A stretch of DNA of 64,000 nucleotides from the NCBI GenBank assembly GCA_964234715.1, contig OZ174276.1; one strand, written 5' to 3'. This document shows, piece by piece, positions 48,801-58,798 of this stretch (its first letter is position 1; every line of letters starts with the position of its first letter). The notes beneath the pieces are model-generated. The model ran no database searches, had not been told where the DNA came from, and saw only the letters and a program-made list of their open reading frames with translations. A program made the position numbers and the translations under genes. This DNA comes from Podarcis melisellensis. Lineage: Eukaryota.

Positions 48801-50272
48801 ACGCGATGCCGGCCAGGTCATTGGCCAAGAAGAAGTTAGGACACAGGCAGCTAGGGCCATATCAAGTTGAGGCTAAGATCAATCCGGTGGCTTTTCGTCT
48901 AGCCCTTCCGGAAGGTTCCAGGGTGCACCCGGTCTTTCATAGGTCGGTGCTCACTCCCTACAAAACCCCACACAGGTTTCAAGAGTCAGGAGCACCCCCA
49001 GAGCCACGTAGGAGGGCGCCTGAGAGGGGGGAATCGCCAAGACCAGAACCTCTTAACGAGGTCACAGAGATACTGGACTCGAGATGGGGGGAGGAGGGAG
49101 TTGAATATTTTCTCGCCAGGGAGGGCACACCAGCCGCTGCTAATAGTTGGGTGCCAGGCTACGAGTTAGACGAACCCCTTTTGAAAGGAGAGTTCCATGC
49201 ACTTTTCCCACATAGACCCATGCCAGCTGAGTACTTTGATGACTGGCTTTTCACACCCACATTGTCTGATAGCACGTTCAGGGGTTTCTCTTCCCCCGAG
49301 GAAAGAACACCAGAATCAAGCCCGCCCAGGGGATCGTGCTCGGGGGTGGACACGGAAACCCCTTATTGGTGGGAGGAGCAGCCAGAGGGGGAATGGCGTA
49401 AGAGGTGGCTGATAGGTCCTTGGCGGGCAGCACCGGAGGAAGTAGCGATGGAAGCAGAGACTGAGAAGCATTTGGGGGAAGAACCCGACTTCGAATACAC
49501 TTACACAGAACTGCCAGCGGAGAACATTGACGTAGACGACCTGTATCCTGAGCCTACCCCCGAAGAGCCGCAGTTTCCACAACCGGTCCCCGGCGAGCGG
49601 GAGGGGGGAAGGGGGGGCTTCGAGGGGGGGATGGATGTCAGGGTTTCTGGGAGAGAGGAGGAGATGACAGAGGAGACGGAGAGCGAGTGGGAGGAGGGGC
49701 AGAAGGATGAGGAAGAAGATGACGGAATTCTGAGGGAATCCACGAGTCTGAGCAGCGAGTCAGAGGATTCTCAAAAGGGGGTTACCTTAATCAAGCAAAG
49801 GGGAGGAGAAGGGAGAAGCGGAGAGGAGCCCAGTGGAAGACAGAGGAAGCAAGAGACGTCTCAGCCGGAACGGAGTAAAGGGGGTGGAGTCGTCAGCCTC
49901 TCGGAGGGAGCAGGATTAGGAGAGAACAGAGAGAGGGGGTTGGAGCAGGGTGTTCAGCCGGAAAGGGTGGAGAGCAGAGCAGGGGGTGGTGTAGCGGTCG
50001 AAAGAAAGGTCAGCAGCAACGTACGCGCGCCAAGTTCAAACGTAGAGGCGCGCGGAAGTGGAGAGAGCTCAGGGGAGGAGCCCGGCCCTAAAGCCAGAAA
50101 GAGGGGGGAAGAGGCGGCAGAGGATTCAGCCTCAGGCGAGTCACGGAGAGAGGGAACCCAGGGGGGCAGGAAGACCCTGCGGAAAAGAAAGGAGAGGAAG
50201 AGGTGGTCTAGAGCCAGGCTATTAAGTTGGTGCGGAAGAGGGGAGGAGTCAGAGGGGACTTCAGCGGTCTAA
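45758..50272 (+). CDS. pol: Pol (expressed as a ~1845-aa Gag-Pol): protease, RT, RNase H, integrase, GPY/F module, degenerate chromodomain and an acidic/basic tail running through the 3' LTR
   Basis: IDSG protease; MPFGL and FLDD RT; ETDAS/ELLAI/TDHKNL/ADALSR RNase H; HHCC + D,D(35)E integrase; GPYQV..HPVFH; EILDSR..YFL..NSWVP; uninterrupted ORF. Confidence 0.96.
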   Translation, partial: RQCLAGSRATGAQPGGSVDKPPASLQSVDPLPPKPAVLLTATLQLPDGRLLEVPITIDSGSNADFMGLQFVKQHNMALLPATTPLNVVTVDGRKLLGGQVVQQTPPMMMQIGNHRELISFNVTHLSDTPIVLGMSWLERHSPAVAWYQRQINFCSSYCAQHCFQTDQGGEAEQPLHLGMVQTVPHKYQEFLEVFCEKEADKLPPHRPYDCAIDLVPGAQLPAAKLYSMSEDEMQELREFIDHNLKRGFIQESKAAGGSPVFFVKKKDTPQKRLIVDYRFINSLTKPKAFPMPKIDDLLATVRRGKIFTKLDLRGAYNLIRIRKGDEWKTAMFTPLGTYEYRVMPFGLQNGSHVFQAFMHHVLAGLLYKKCVCFLDDILIFSESPEDHDKDVREVLQRLKEHRLYAKLEKCQFDVREVDFLGYKLSDEGLAMDRAKVQALLDWKSPRNRKEVQRFIGFANFYRKFIKGFANATAAITDTLSSKKKKFVWTEQAERSFRTLKGLFASEEQLLHVNPGRPMRVETDASDRAVGAVLLQEDSQGNWRPGAFYSRKLSKTERNYTIWDRELLAIHAAFKAWRHFLIGAKHTVQVRTDHKNLEYWRTAKLQTQRHMRWAEFFADFDFKIEYIPGDSNVIADALSRKPQYLEEAAPIAAKHIFAPQAWTCATIAVDLDAVRRALQRDQFAQSKMEELRGGSRHNDEFQLQDGLLTRKGALYVPTDDLRAKVLQQLHDAPSAGHFGKEKTMELVARDFWWPQMRGEVADYVARCDICQRSKPVHQKQAGLLEPLETPQQPWERVALDLVTDLPSSRGKTAVLVVVDLFTKMAHFIPCAKVATAEQTAKLFIDHVFRVHGLPQSVLSDRGRQFVSTFWRKLLGILHVKINLTSARHPQTNGQAERVNAIMQQYLRCYANQRPAAWVDYLPMAEFAYNNTKHASTGVTPFFANNGRHPRTFPRFAAPGGGGPQDADQFAAELQEVHEELRRHLELAKQAYKVQADKHRRAGEDIQVGDWVWLAAHAMPARSLAKKKLGHRQLGPYQVEAKINPVAFRLALPEGSRVHPVFHRSVLTPYKTPHRFQESGAPPEPRRRAPERGESPRPEPLNEVTEILDSRWGEEGVEYFLAREGTPAAANSWVPGYELDEPLLKGEFHALFPHRPMPAEYFDDWLFTPTLSDSTFRGFSSPEERTPESSPPRGSCSGVDTETPYWWEEQPEGEWRKRWLIGPWRAAPEEVAMEAETEKHLGEEPDFEYTYTELPAENIDVDDLYPEPTPEEPQFPQPVPGEREGGRGGFEGGMDVRVSGREEEMTEETESEWEEGQKDEEEDDGILRESTSLSSESEDSQKGVTLIKQRGGEGRSGEEPSGRQRKQETSQPERSKGGGVVSLSEGAGLGENRERGLEQGVQPERVESRAGGGVAVERKVSSNVRAPSSNVEARGSGESSGEEPGPKARKRGEEAAEDSASGESRREGTQGGRKTLRKRKERKRWSRARLLSWCGRGEESEGTSAV
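49596..49635 (+). promoter_or_regulatory. Polypurine tract
   Basis: G/A-rich run ending GAGGGGGGGATGGA immediately before the 3' LTR. Confidence 0.85.
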
Positions 50273-50402
50273 CGTGGCAGACGTACGGCCACAATGCTGA
50301 ACTGTATGAGAAGCAGAAATCTTCAATAAACTTTTCCTGTAAATAAGCTGCAACGGAGTGAGGTCTCTTGTGAGCTGGGACCAGTCCTGGGTGGCCGTGA
50401 CA
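49636..50402 (+). repeat. 3' LTR (767 bp); U3 is translated in the Pol frame
   Basis: Direct repeat of the 5' LTR; the Pol stop TAA 50270-50272 lies inside it. Confidence 0.97.
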
Positions 50403-50546
50403 GCATGTATAAGATTGCTTTAATGGTACAATCTTTGGCTTGGTTCAGTATCTGCTGCCTAAGTGCAGAGGTCATTACAGGAGATTTTCAAATACAGAAA
50501 CAATCAGTCTCTAAACATTGCTTTACCAACAGCAAGGAGCACTTAC

Positions 50547-50572
50547 CGTTTTCTCTTCCTGATATATAAAAC
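50547..50572 (-). CDS. C3orf18: C3orf18 coding exon 2 (26-nt microexon VLYIRKRKR)
   Basis: Matches human VLYIRKKKR; TAG acceptor and GTAAGT donor; phase 0/2. Confidence 0.93.
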
Positions 50573-51375
50573 CTAGAAAAGCAGAAAGTTGTTGTAAGTA
50601 CTGGAGAAACCTTTTCACACCAATTCCTAGGAAAAAACAAGTGCTGTATACTCTTTGGCATGCAAAATTGCATTGAGTTCAATGGGGCTTACTCCTAGGA
50701 AAGCAGGTGTAGGATTGGGGCATTCGTGTACACTCATGCATGCTAGGAAGAACTAGTTGGAAACCCAATTTACTTTACCTCAGTAAGAGGTAACTCAGTA
50801 ACTAAGAGAGCAATCCTAGACATGCATAATCAGAAGGAAACCTCACTCCCAAATAAGCCCATATTGGATTGCAGCTTAATTTACAGTGCAACCCTTGGAA
50901 GTACCAGTAAGTCACACTGTGTTCAACGGGCCTTACTCTCAGGAAAATATGAATGGGATTGCAACCTTAGGCTGCAACCCTATACACATGCTTACCTTGG
51001 AGCAAGCCCCATTGAGTGCAGCATGACTTACTTCTGGGTAGACATGCACTGGCTTGCACGTCATCTCTGAAGCCAACCCTATAGCTAGACTTAATAATTA
51101 TTCCCTTTTCCTAGGAAATGGCAGTTCTGTGCTTTTGGAGAGACGGGGTGTTTTGGGATCTCTAACAGAGGATTTTAAACACCCAAATGAGAAAATAATT
51201 CCCAGGGTCCTTCGGTAAAAAGCCATGCCATTTAAACTGATATATGATCCAGGTAGACTGGCACCCAAGGACTGGCCCAGTCTTAGGCATTTTTGTACCC
51301 TGCTTGAAATATTATAGTGGAGCTCCTGAACTAAGCAGCCCTCCCGTAGGAACCACATGGCAGACACCGTCTTAC

Positions 51376-51609
51376 CATAGCAACAGCCAACCCAATCACA
51401 GTGATGATGCCGAAGGACAGCAGCATGGTCCCCATGCCAGAACCATTGCCAGCCACATCTGGAATTTTGGTGCTGTTAAAGCTGCTGGTTTCAGGGGTCA
51501 GCGTAGCAGTTTCTGATCCAGCCCCGTCCACAGTCATCCCATGGTCTGGCTCGGAAGTGCGAGTGCCACTGTGGTACAAAGTGTTCGCAGTGGATGTGCT
51601 ATAATTCAT
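51376..51609 (-). CDS. C3orf18: C3orf18 coding exon 1 (MNYSTS...GTMLLSFGIITVIGLAVAM, transmembrane segment); exon extends to an acceptor at ~51769
   Basis: GTMLLSFGIITVIGLAVA is identical to the human TM segment; GTAAG donor. Confidence 0.95.
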
Positions 51610-53599
51610 TTTGGGCCAGAGCTTTTGTTGTCTTCTCCTTGGTTGATGTCTTGAACAACCAACTTCTTACTTTTCTGCTGCAAAGTGCATTTCCTTGCCT
51701 CTTCAGTCAAGAAGCCTGATGGGAAAGCTCTTTCCTTGCATTTTCTTCTGAAGTCCTATTGGCTAATCTCTAGCAATAGAGGGGAAAAAATAAATCAGTC
51801 GTTACCTCCCAAGGTATCCTTACACCAACCCTATAAACTAGACTGGTATTCTTAGGACCATATTATAGATGAAGAGCTGAGGAGGGAGAGCTGCCTAAGA
51901 CCAGCCCAGTTCATTCATGGCTGAGCTGAAATCTGAACCAAACTCTTAACCACCTTACAACACTAATACTGCAATCCTAGGCACATCTCCCCAGAAGCTA
52001 GTCTCAACGAATTCCTTTTTTTTAATTTGAACATTCTGTTTTGTTAGGAAGGCTATACTATAGTTACTCAGCTCAAGCCTGCTGGAGGGTGGCATGTGCT
52101 ATAAACATAGATGTGAGTCAATAAAGTAGAAATAAGTTTAGCTGAGTATCAAGTAGCTCACCAGCTGGCCAGCTGACCTTCTGGAATCTCACATGGCCTA
52201 GTCAGCTGGCCTACAGAAGTATCATGTGAGTGGACTTGGGTGTGGTCAAGCAACAAGGGCACAGTATTTGAGGTGCCTTCAAGGCAAGACTCAATTGCAA
52301 TATCCCACGCCTGTTATTAATCCTTACTATTGCACTTTTGGCAATGAAACTTAGTTATCTACAGATCAGTTCTCCTGAATTGAATCAAGTCATTTAAACA
52401 TATTCTCACTATAACAATATCCTGTGACGCTAAGTTCGAAAAACAAACTACATGCATGCATTGTATGAAGCACTTCCTTTTGTTGCCAAGTTAGTTTTAA
52501 TGAAAGAGCATGAATTCTTGAATTTTAAGAGAATAACTGTACAACCCTAGGCATCTTCACTCAGATGCAAGTCTCATTGAGTTCAATGGCATCTTCTACC
52601 AACAGGAGGTAGTGGGCATAAGACTGCAGTTATATTTTATCCCTGAGCATTCCATACTATTTGTTACTATTTTTTTTTTAAAAAATGCCATTGAAACGCC
52701 TTTTTCCCCTGTGCTAAAAGTTCCTAATGATTAAACCTTTCTTCTCTTCCAACTCCACTTGCCCCCTTTTTTACATTTCCTCCTCCTGCCACACCATGCT
52801 TTTCTTTTAAATGAGAAAACTAGAAACTCACCCTGCACATATATGCCAGCATTCAGGTGCTATGCATGTTTATTCAGCAGTCCCACTGTGTTCAGTTGGA
52901 CTTACTCTCTTGTAAACATGCAGCTCATTGCAGCAGCCTCAGTTTTATTTTAACCCTTGAGGGCTGTTGTTTTTAACCAGACACTATTTTTGCCTTAATA
53001 TTGCTACAGCTGAGTTGTCATCAGAGCTGACATTTTCAAAGAAATTTCGACTGTGACCACAACATCCCATCCCTAAGCAGCCCTAACCATTTTGAACCTC
53101 ACCCATCATAGTTCATATGTGGTTAGGACTCTTTCCCCATCACTTCAGGTGTCCTTCTTTCCCCAGGAGAGGAGCATGCTCGTGAGAATGAAGGAAACCA
53201 GGAAAGAACATCGGGACACTTTTTTATATTGAAGCAAACTCCACACCCACACCCAGTTTTCATTCACTTACGGTATTTAATTGCTCTGTAGTGAGAACTG
53301 TGTGGCTCAAACATTCATATGAATTTTCATTTCCCAAGATTGATTATCATTGTTATAAATGACCAGCCTGGGTTTTTTGGGTGGAGGTGGGTAGGAAGCT
53401 ATTTACCCCTATTCCCAAAGACCCTGTTGAACCTCAAGAAGAATTGCCCGCTTGGCTGGGGCCTTGCATGGAAGTGCGTTTAAGCACTGAGAGAGAGAAA
53501 GAGTCAAAGAGAAACTTTATCCGGGCAGAGCTCTGCTTATTGCAAGGGATGAGTCTGTTCCCAGCCACTTCTGAACTAAATCCAGCTCCCCGTCCCACT

Positions 53600-54750
53600 T
53601 CCCCAATTCCCAACGTGACAGACCAGGACGGCGAAAGCAAGCCTTCGAGGGAAAGGTACAACAGAGGGGAACCGAGAATGATTTGGGGTTTTTTTTTCTT
53701 GGGGTGGCTGGCTGGCCGGCCTGGCACTCCTCCCGACCGCCTCCACCCACCTCCGTGGCCTGCTTAAGAGGTCAACGCCGTCCTCCTCGCTCCTTGCCGG
53801 GCGCGCGTGGCCGTGCCGGGCCCCGTTAGCAGCAGCCTAAACAAAACCATGATGATGACACCAGCACTTAAGGAGGCGATCGCCGGGCAAGGAGGACCCG
53901 GGTCCCTTGCAAGTCCCGGAGACGTTGACCTGCTCGGGTTGGGAATGCAACCCCCCGCCCAGCCCAGGATCGCGGGGGCCAGAGAGGGAGGCAGACTTTT
54001 CCCCCCCCCCCCGCCCTCTTCTTTTGACACTCTGGCGGAGCCGCGTCTGCAACTTGTGAGAGTGGCCCTGGCGAGGAGGGCAAAGAGACGAGGAGCAGCC
54101 AGGGGCGCTTGTGCGGGATGTGGAAGACTCTTGCCCCCCTCTCCGCTTCCCATGCAATGGCCGCCTAGGCTGGGGACTTCAGCACATCGCTCTGGTTGCT
54201 GGGAGACTGGGTGACTCCGGGGGCTTTGCTGCTATTCGGATTACCTGCACAGGAAAGCAGGAGCTGCTGCTGCTGCCATGGTCTTACTTGCCATTGTTTT
54301 TCCCGAGATGCTGGGTGAAGCCCTTCCTCCCTCCCTCCTGTCACCGGCCCTCTTGATGCTCCGCTTTGATCTCCCCTTCTCCCTGGGATTGGGCAGCGCT
54401 GTGGCTCGGGATTGGCCGGCCGGGATGTCACTCACAGCGGGGAGATGCCACCGCGAAGAGTTGGGCTGCAATGCGAGCCCTGGAGATGAACGGCGAGAAG
54501 CCTCGATCCGGGCGCGTCTCGCGGTCGGCCGAAGGAAGCTCGCGTGCCCGGCAGGGCGATGGAGCAGGCGCTTGAGCCGGTGAAAACTCTACTAGGGTTT
54601 TTCTTCTCGACAGCTGTCCCTTATCGCTGTGCCCTTGGCCGGGGCAAATCCTTCGTCTAGTGTAAAGTGGTCCTCGACTAGTCAGACTGCCTACTCAGCA
54701 GGACTGTATTTTACCGGCTGCGCGCCTCCAAACCCATCCTCGAATACCCT
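53600..54750 (-). promoter_or_regulatory. C3orf18: CpG island / promoter and probable first non-coding exon of C3orf18 (donor at ~54245)
   Basis: Sharp rise in GC and CpG; minus-strand CAG|GTAAT donor at 54245/54244. Confidence 0.7.
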
Positions 54751-55289
54751 AACAATAAAGCAATGAAGAAAACGTGTATGTGTGGAATTGGGGGGGGGCG
54801 GGAAGGGCGGGTTCTTTAACGTGTGCAACATACATTTGCTGTTGTTTTAACTACCTTTGAGAGGTGGGTGCTCTGCCCATGCTCAGAGGCTCCATCTCAT
54901 GATTCTTACAGTTGTCTCTTGCAAGATATCAAATGCTGGTAGTGGGAGGCTTCCTCCCCACCCAAAAGGCAGCACTCATTGTTGTCTGAACCCCCCTGCT
55001 GGATCTGCGCTTCCACTCAGCATGCATGTAGTCCATTATCAAAACCACTTCAGTTACTTATTTATTGACAAACCTCTACATTTGAGACCCCAGTGAGGGT
55101 GACGAGAAAGTGGCTCGAGGCCCAGTTCAGTTAGCAAAGCGATGCTACTAACCTGCATTTGTTTTTCTAGATATTTTTATGAAAACCAGTATGTGATTAT
55201 TATTAGTAGTATGATGAAATAGTTAACAGTTCTCAAATTAAATCTACTTAGAACAGAATATCAAAGAAAAAGTGCTCTCTCAAGCCCAC

Positions 55290-56320
55290 ATTCCCAGCAT
55301 GTTTGCAGATATCTACGCTGGTCATGTTCACAGAATGGAAGATGACAGGATCCCAAAGGATCCCCTACAGGGAGCTGGCTTCAGGCATCAGGTCTGCTGG
55401 CAGACCAACTCTGGATTAGAAAGATGTATGCAAATGTGACATGAAGACTAACAACATCAACCCTGCCATTTGGGAATCCCTGCAGGACCTGGAAACAGTC
55501 AGGCTGTGCATCCACAGCAGTGGCCAAAGGGGAATGACCACTGGGAGGAGCGCAGAGAGAAGAAACACCATGATGGATCTGTAGCAGCACAACCTGACAC
55601 CTTCATCTGCCCCAGCTACAATATATATAACTATCTCCTGTATTGGTCTCTACAGCCACAACAGGCGCTGTAACCTTACAACAGTTTGACTTCACTCACA
55701 AAGGCACACTCTATCAGGGTTGGAGTCAGACACAGGTTAGTAATAAAGGAAGCAGATCTCCATTATCTCTTTATTCAAGGGAACAAACACACAACTCGAC
55801 CTAGTGATCTCAGCAAACTATGCCCCTATGGAGCAGTTGCCAGGACTGAAGGTCCCTGTCTTCCATGCCTCTCTAAGGCTCTTCCCCAGCAATCTCAAAT
55901 TGCGTGTGCATACCTCTGGTCTCTGTCCTTCCCTCCTCATTATTCTGCTTGTTCTGGGAGATGGTGGAGGGGAGCTTGTTGAAGCAGGATAGATTCCTGG
56001 GATTCTTCAGCAGCCTCCTGACTCCCCTCCTCTGCTTCAGCTGCTGAATGTGAACTACTCTCTGGCACAGGATCTCCCTGCTCACTAAACCCTGTTTCCC
56101 CTTTGGCATTCGGCACTTCTTCCCAATCATCTCCCTTTGTCCTCTCCTCAGTGTCCCACCACTGATCTCCTGGTTCTGAGCCTTCCTCCTCCTGGGCTCC
56201 CCCTTGGGGGTTCCCTGGCAGATGCCTCCCCCTACTCCCCTTCCTCCAGCCAGTCCCTGACACACTCCTCCATTGTCTCCAGAAAGAGACAGATGCTGAG
56301 ACAACAGCAGAACAGCACCT
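55290..56320 (+). mobile_element. RTE-clade LINE 3' fragment, split by a solo LTR
   Basis: Encodes ..GHVHRMEDDRIPKD..ELASG..GRP.. (RTE ORF C-terminus); resumes after the LTR with ctccattgtctcc.. and a CA-rich tail. Confidence 0.7.
55712..56262 (-). mobile_element. Gypsy-type solo LTR (551 bp)
   Basis: Minus strand TGTCAGGG...CCCTGATA (decayed TGACA); AATAAA near the 3' end; perfect 5-bp TSD CACTC at 55707-55711 and 56263-56267. Confidence 0.85.
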
Positions 56321-56479
56321 GTGGACTATCTTATACGCAGTTGTTTGGAAAGAAGCCCCATGAACACAATCAGGCTTTCTCTCCCCCCCCCCCCGCCGCC
56401 CCCGTGCTAAATTTAAGGCTTAAATCCTAAGAAACACTGAACACTGCAGGACTTTCTTCCAAGTGAACTTGCAAGGAAG

Positions 56480-57150
56480 ACTATTTCTCTCTTTCGTGCA
56501 GTTTTCTGCCGCAGCCACTCCTGTGGAACTGCTGCAATGGGCTAAGGCTTCCATGCGGGGTCCCCCTTGCCTCGTTCGCTCTGCCTTTTACGGAAGATTG
56601 ACGCTTTGAGGCTTTCCCTTTCAGGCGGAACTGTACGCCGCCGTCCCTGTTATCGAGTAAGGCCGTGTTGCTTGCAGCCCCAACCGGAAGTGCGTCGCTT
56701 GCCAGTCTTGTAATTTGCTTAAGAGTCTCGCCTCCTGCTCTTGGGAAAGAAGCGCGGTAGTTGCAATGGTGCTTTGTCAATTTGCAGGTAAAAAAAAGGA
56801 ACAAAATATCTCATTGCCGCCACATTTTGTTATAATGTACGCGTCCATAAAAGCCTTCCGTAAGGCTTCTCACTTGGAAGAAGGACCTGCGAATTGGTCT
56901 CCCTCCTTCTCCCCGCGCTTTATTCAGAATTTCTCTCTGACTTCATCTATGTGCTGTTCAGCTGCATTGATCGGGCAGCGGAAACTGCTCTGTGAAGGTT
57001 TAACTCAAAATGGTTTAGCCTTCTTCCACCCAACGAATAATGCATTTTAAATTGCAGTCGTTTGCCGCGTAAGGTTTGCACACTAACCTAGAAGTACGGT
57101 AAATCCCGTTAAACTCATGTGCAGGCATGCGTAGGAGCGCCCTACTGGGC
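56480..57150 (+). promoter_or_regulatory. HEMK1: HEMK1 CpG-rich promoter and first non-coding exon (donor 56787/56788); ETS/GABP site ACCGGAAGTG 56683-56692
   Basis: CpG enrichment, canonical ETS motif, CAG|GTAAA donor, downstream acceptor at 58573. Confidence 0.6.
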
Positions 57151-58798
57151 TTGGAATACTATGGGAAAGGAAGTTCCTATTTCTCCTGTTGATTTTATGT
57201 GACACTCACTGCTCACAGAGGATAGTATCTTCACAGCAGAAGGTGATGGGATGATGGAGGCAGGTATTGTTGCCAGAGGCATTTGTGCTTATCCCACTAT
57301 CATCTATGTGTACAAGTTCCTGTCGTTGCTACCTGTATGATCAGAAATGACACCAGAACAAAATAAGTGTGTGTTATAGGAAACAGCTGTATCATACTAC
57401 TTTCAACTATTTCAGACTATTTTGTCAACTCTCATTGTCTGTGGCTACTTCCTGATTATTTGGAGAAAAGGGATAACATTCTGATCTGCTTGGAACATGA
57501 CAGGAAGACATTTTTAAAAATGCAAAATAGCACAGATACCTTTTATATGCTTTATTATAGAGGAGTCTTGGCTCTTTTTGTCCGCACCTCCCATTCTATA
57601 TTCCTATGCTTTGTTGCCTGCATCAGCTGTCCATTATAATTTTTTTCCTATGTGGGCAATTTGTGAACTGGTCAAGCATCAATTAAAAAAGGTGTTTTTT
57701 AATATATTTTATAGTCTAATCAGTCTAAAGCTGGCCAAATATCAGTCCTACCACTGTGGATGGTGGAACCCACACCTCACTTAGATTCATTTTATTGGGC
57801 CTAATCTCCTATGTAAACATATTTAGGATGAATGTCCCAGGCCACAGACGGAAGGCACTGTTAAAAGGAAATCCAATGTAGTCAAGACAATATTTGACAA
57901 TATCACCATTGCATCATGTATATAGCTGGGATTAGCAGAAGAAAGATCCAGACCTACTGGTAGCTCTCTGAATTATTTGAGAAGCCACAGAGGACATAGT
58001 TGTATATTGTGAGTTCCATTCCATTCTTCTACTCACAACAAATTCCCAGGCTCAGAGTTCTTTCATTCTAAATCTTTTGTGCTAAGCTCCAGCTGGTATA
58101 TCTCAGAGTTCAAGTAAAAAACAAACCAGATCCCACAAGCTTATAGTCTGTGTACCCTTGGTGTATAGTATATGTGTGACAAACAAAGTGTGTAGGAATT
58201 ATGTAACACCTGAACAAGAGCCCTTGTAGTTTGCATTCAGTTTCCCCAGTGGTCAATAAGATGTGCTTTGGAAACCCACAAACAGGACATGAGCATACTA
58301 GCACCCTCCTGATTGTGAACTAGCCTGTAGCTTGAGTGTTGGTGAAAAGCAAATCTGGGCAGTTTCAGTACTGCTTAATTTTATTCAAATGTGGTTAGAA
58401 TCACAATTATGGAAAGTGAAATGCATTATGCCTTCTTCATTTTCATGTGTCATGTGAGTTCATCATTTATGCTGTGTTTATAATGACCTCTTTAAAAATT
58501 ACTTCAGCCTAAATGGTAAGTGAGCTTATCCTGAATTTGAGATTATTTCCTTTGGTTGTCTCTTTTTCTCTAGGTTACTACTGGATGAATGAGTCACCTG
58601 TGTGCTCTGCAAGGACAAGAGGACACATGGAATCTCCTGTTGACATTCTGCTGTATAAGCACTGATGAGACTGGAGTGTCCTGTGTTGATATATTTTCTG
58701 AAACCAGACTGCTGGTGTTAGAGACTCGTGGTGTACTTTGGTGGCCTATAAAAAGTTGAGCCTTTTCTCATTCTTGGAAACCATAACCTTCTGGAGCC

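Larger units (their letters stand above)
43909..50402 (+). mobile_element. Full-length, intact Ty3/Gypsy LTR retrotransposon (chromovirus, Tf1/sushi group), 6494 bp
   Basis: LTRs 43909-44675 and 49636-50402 (TGTCA..TGACA); 5-bp TSD GCATG (43904-43908, 50403-50407); gag + pol in order PR-RT-RH-IN-chromo; PPT. Confidence 0.98.

Noticed and set aside
49200-50272. env gene interpretation of the extra ORF
   Set aside because: No signal peptide, transmembrane helix or Cys pattern; the sequence is hydrophilic and low-complexity.
53381-54583. Several overlapping 100-135 aa ORFs
   Set aside because: Expected from stop-codon scarcity in a CpG island; no homology recognised.
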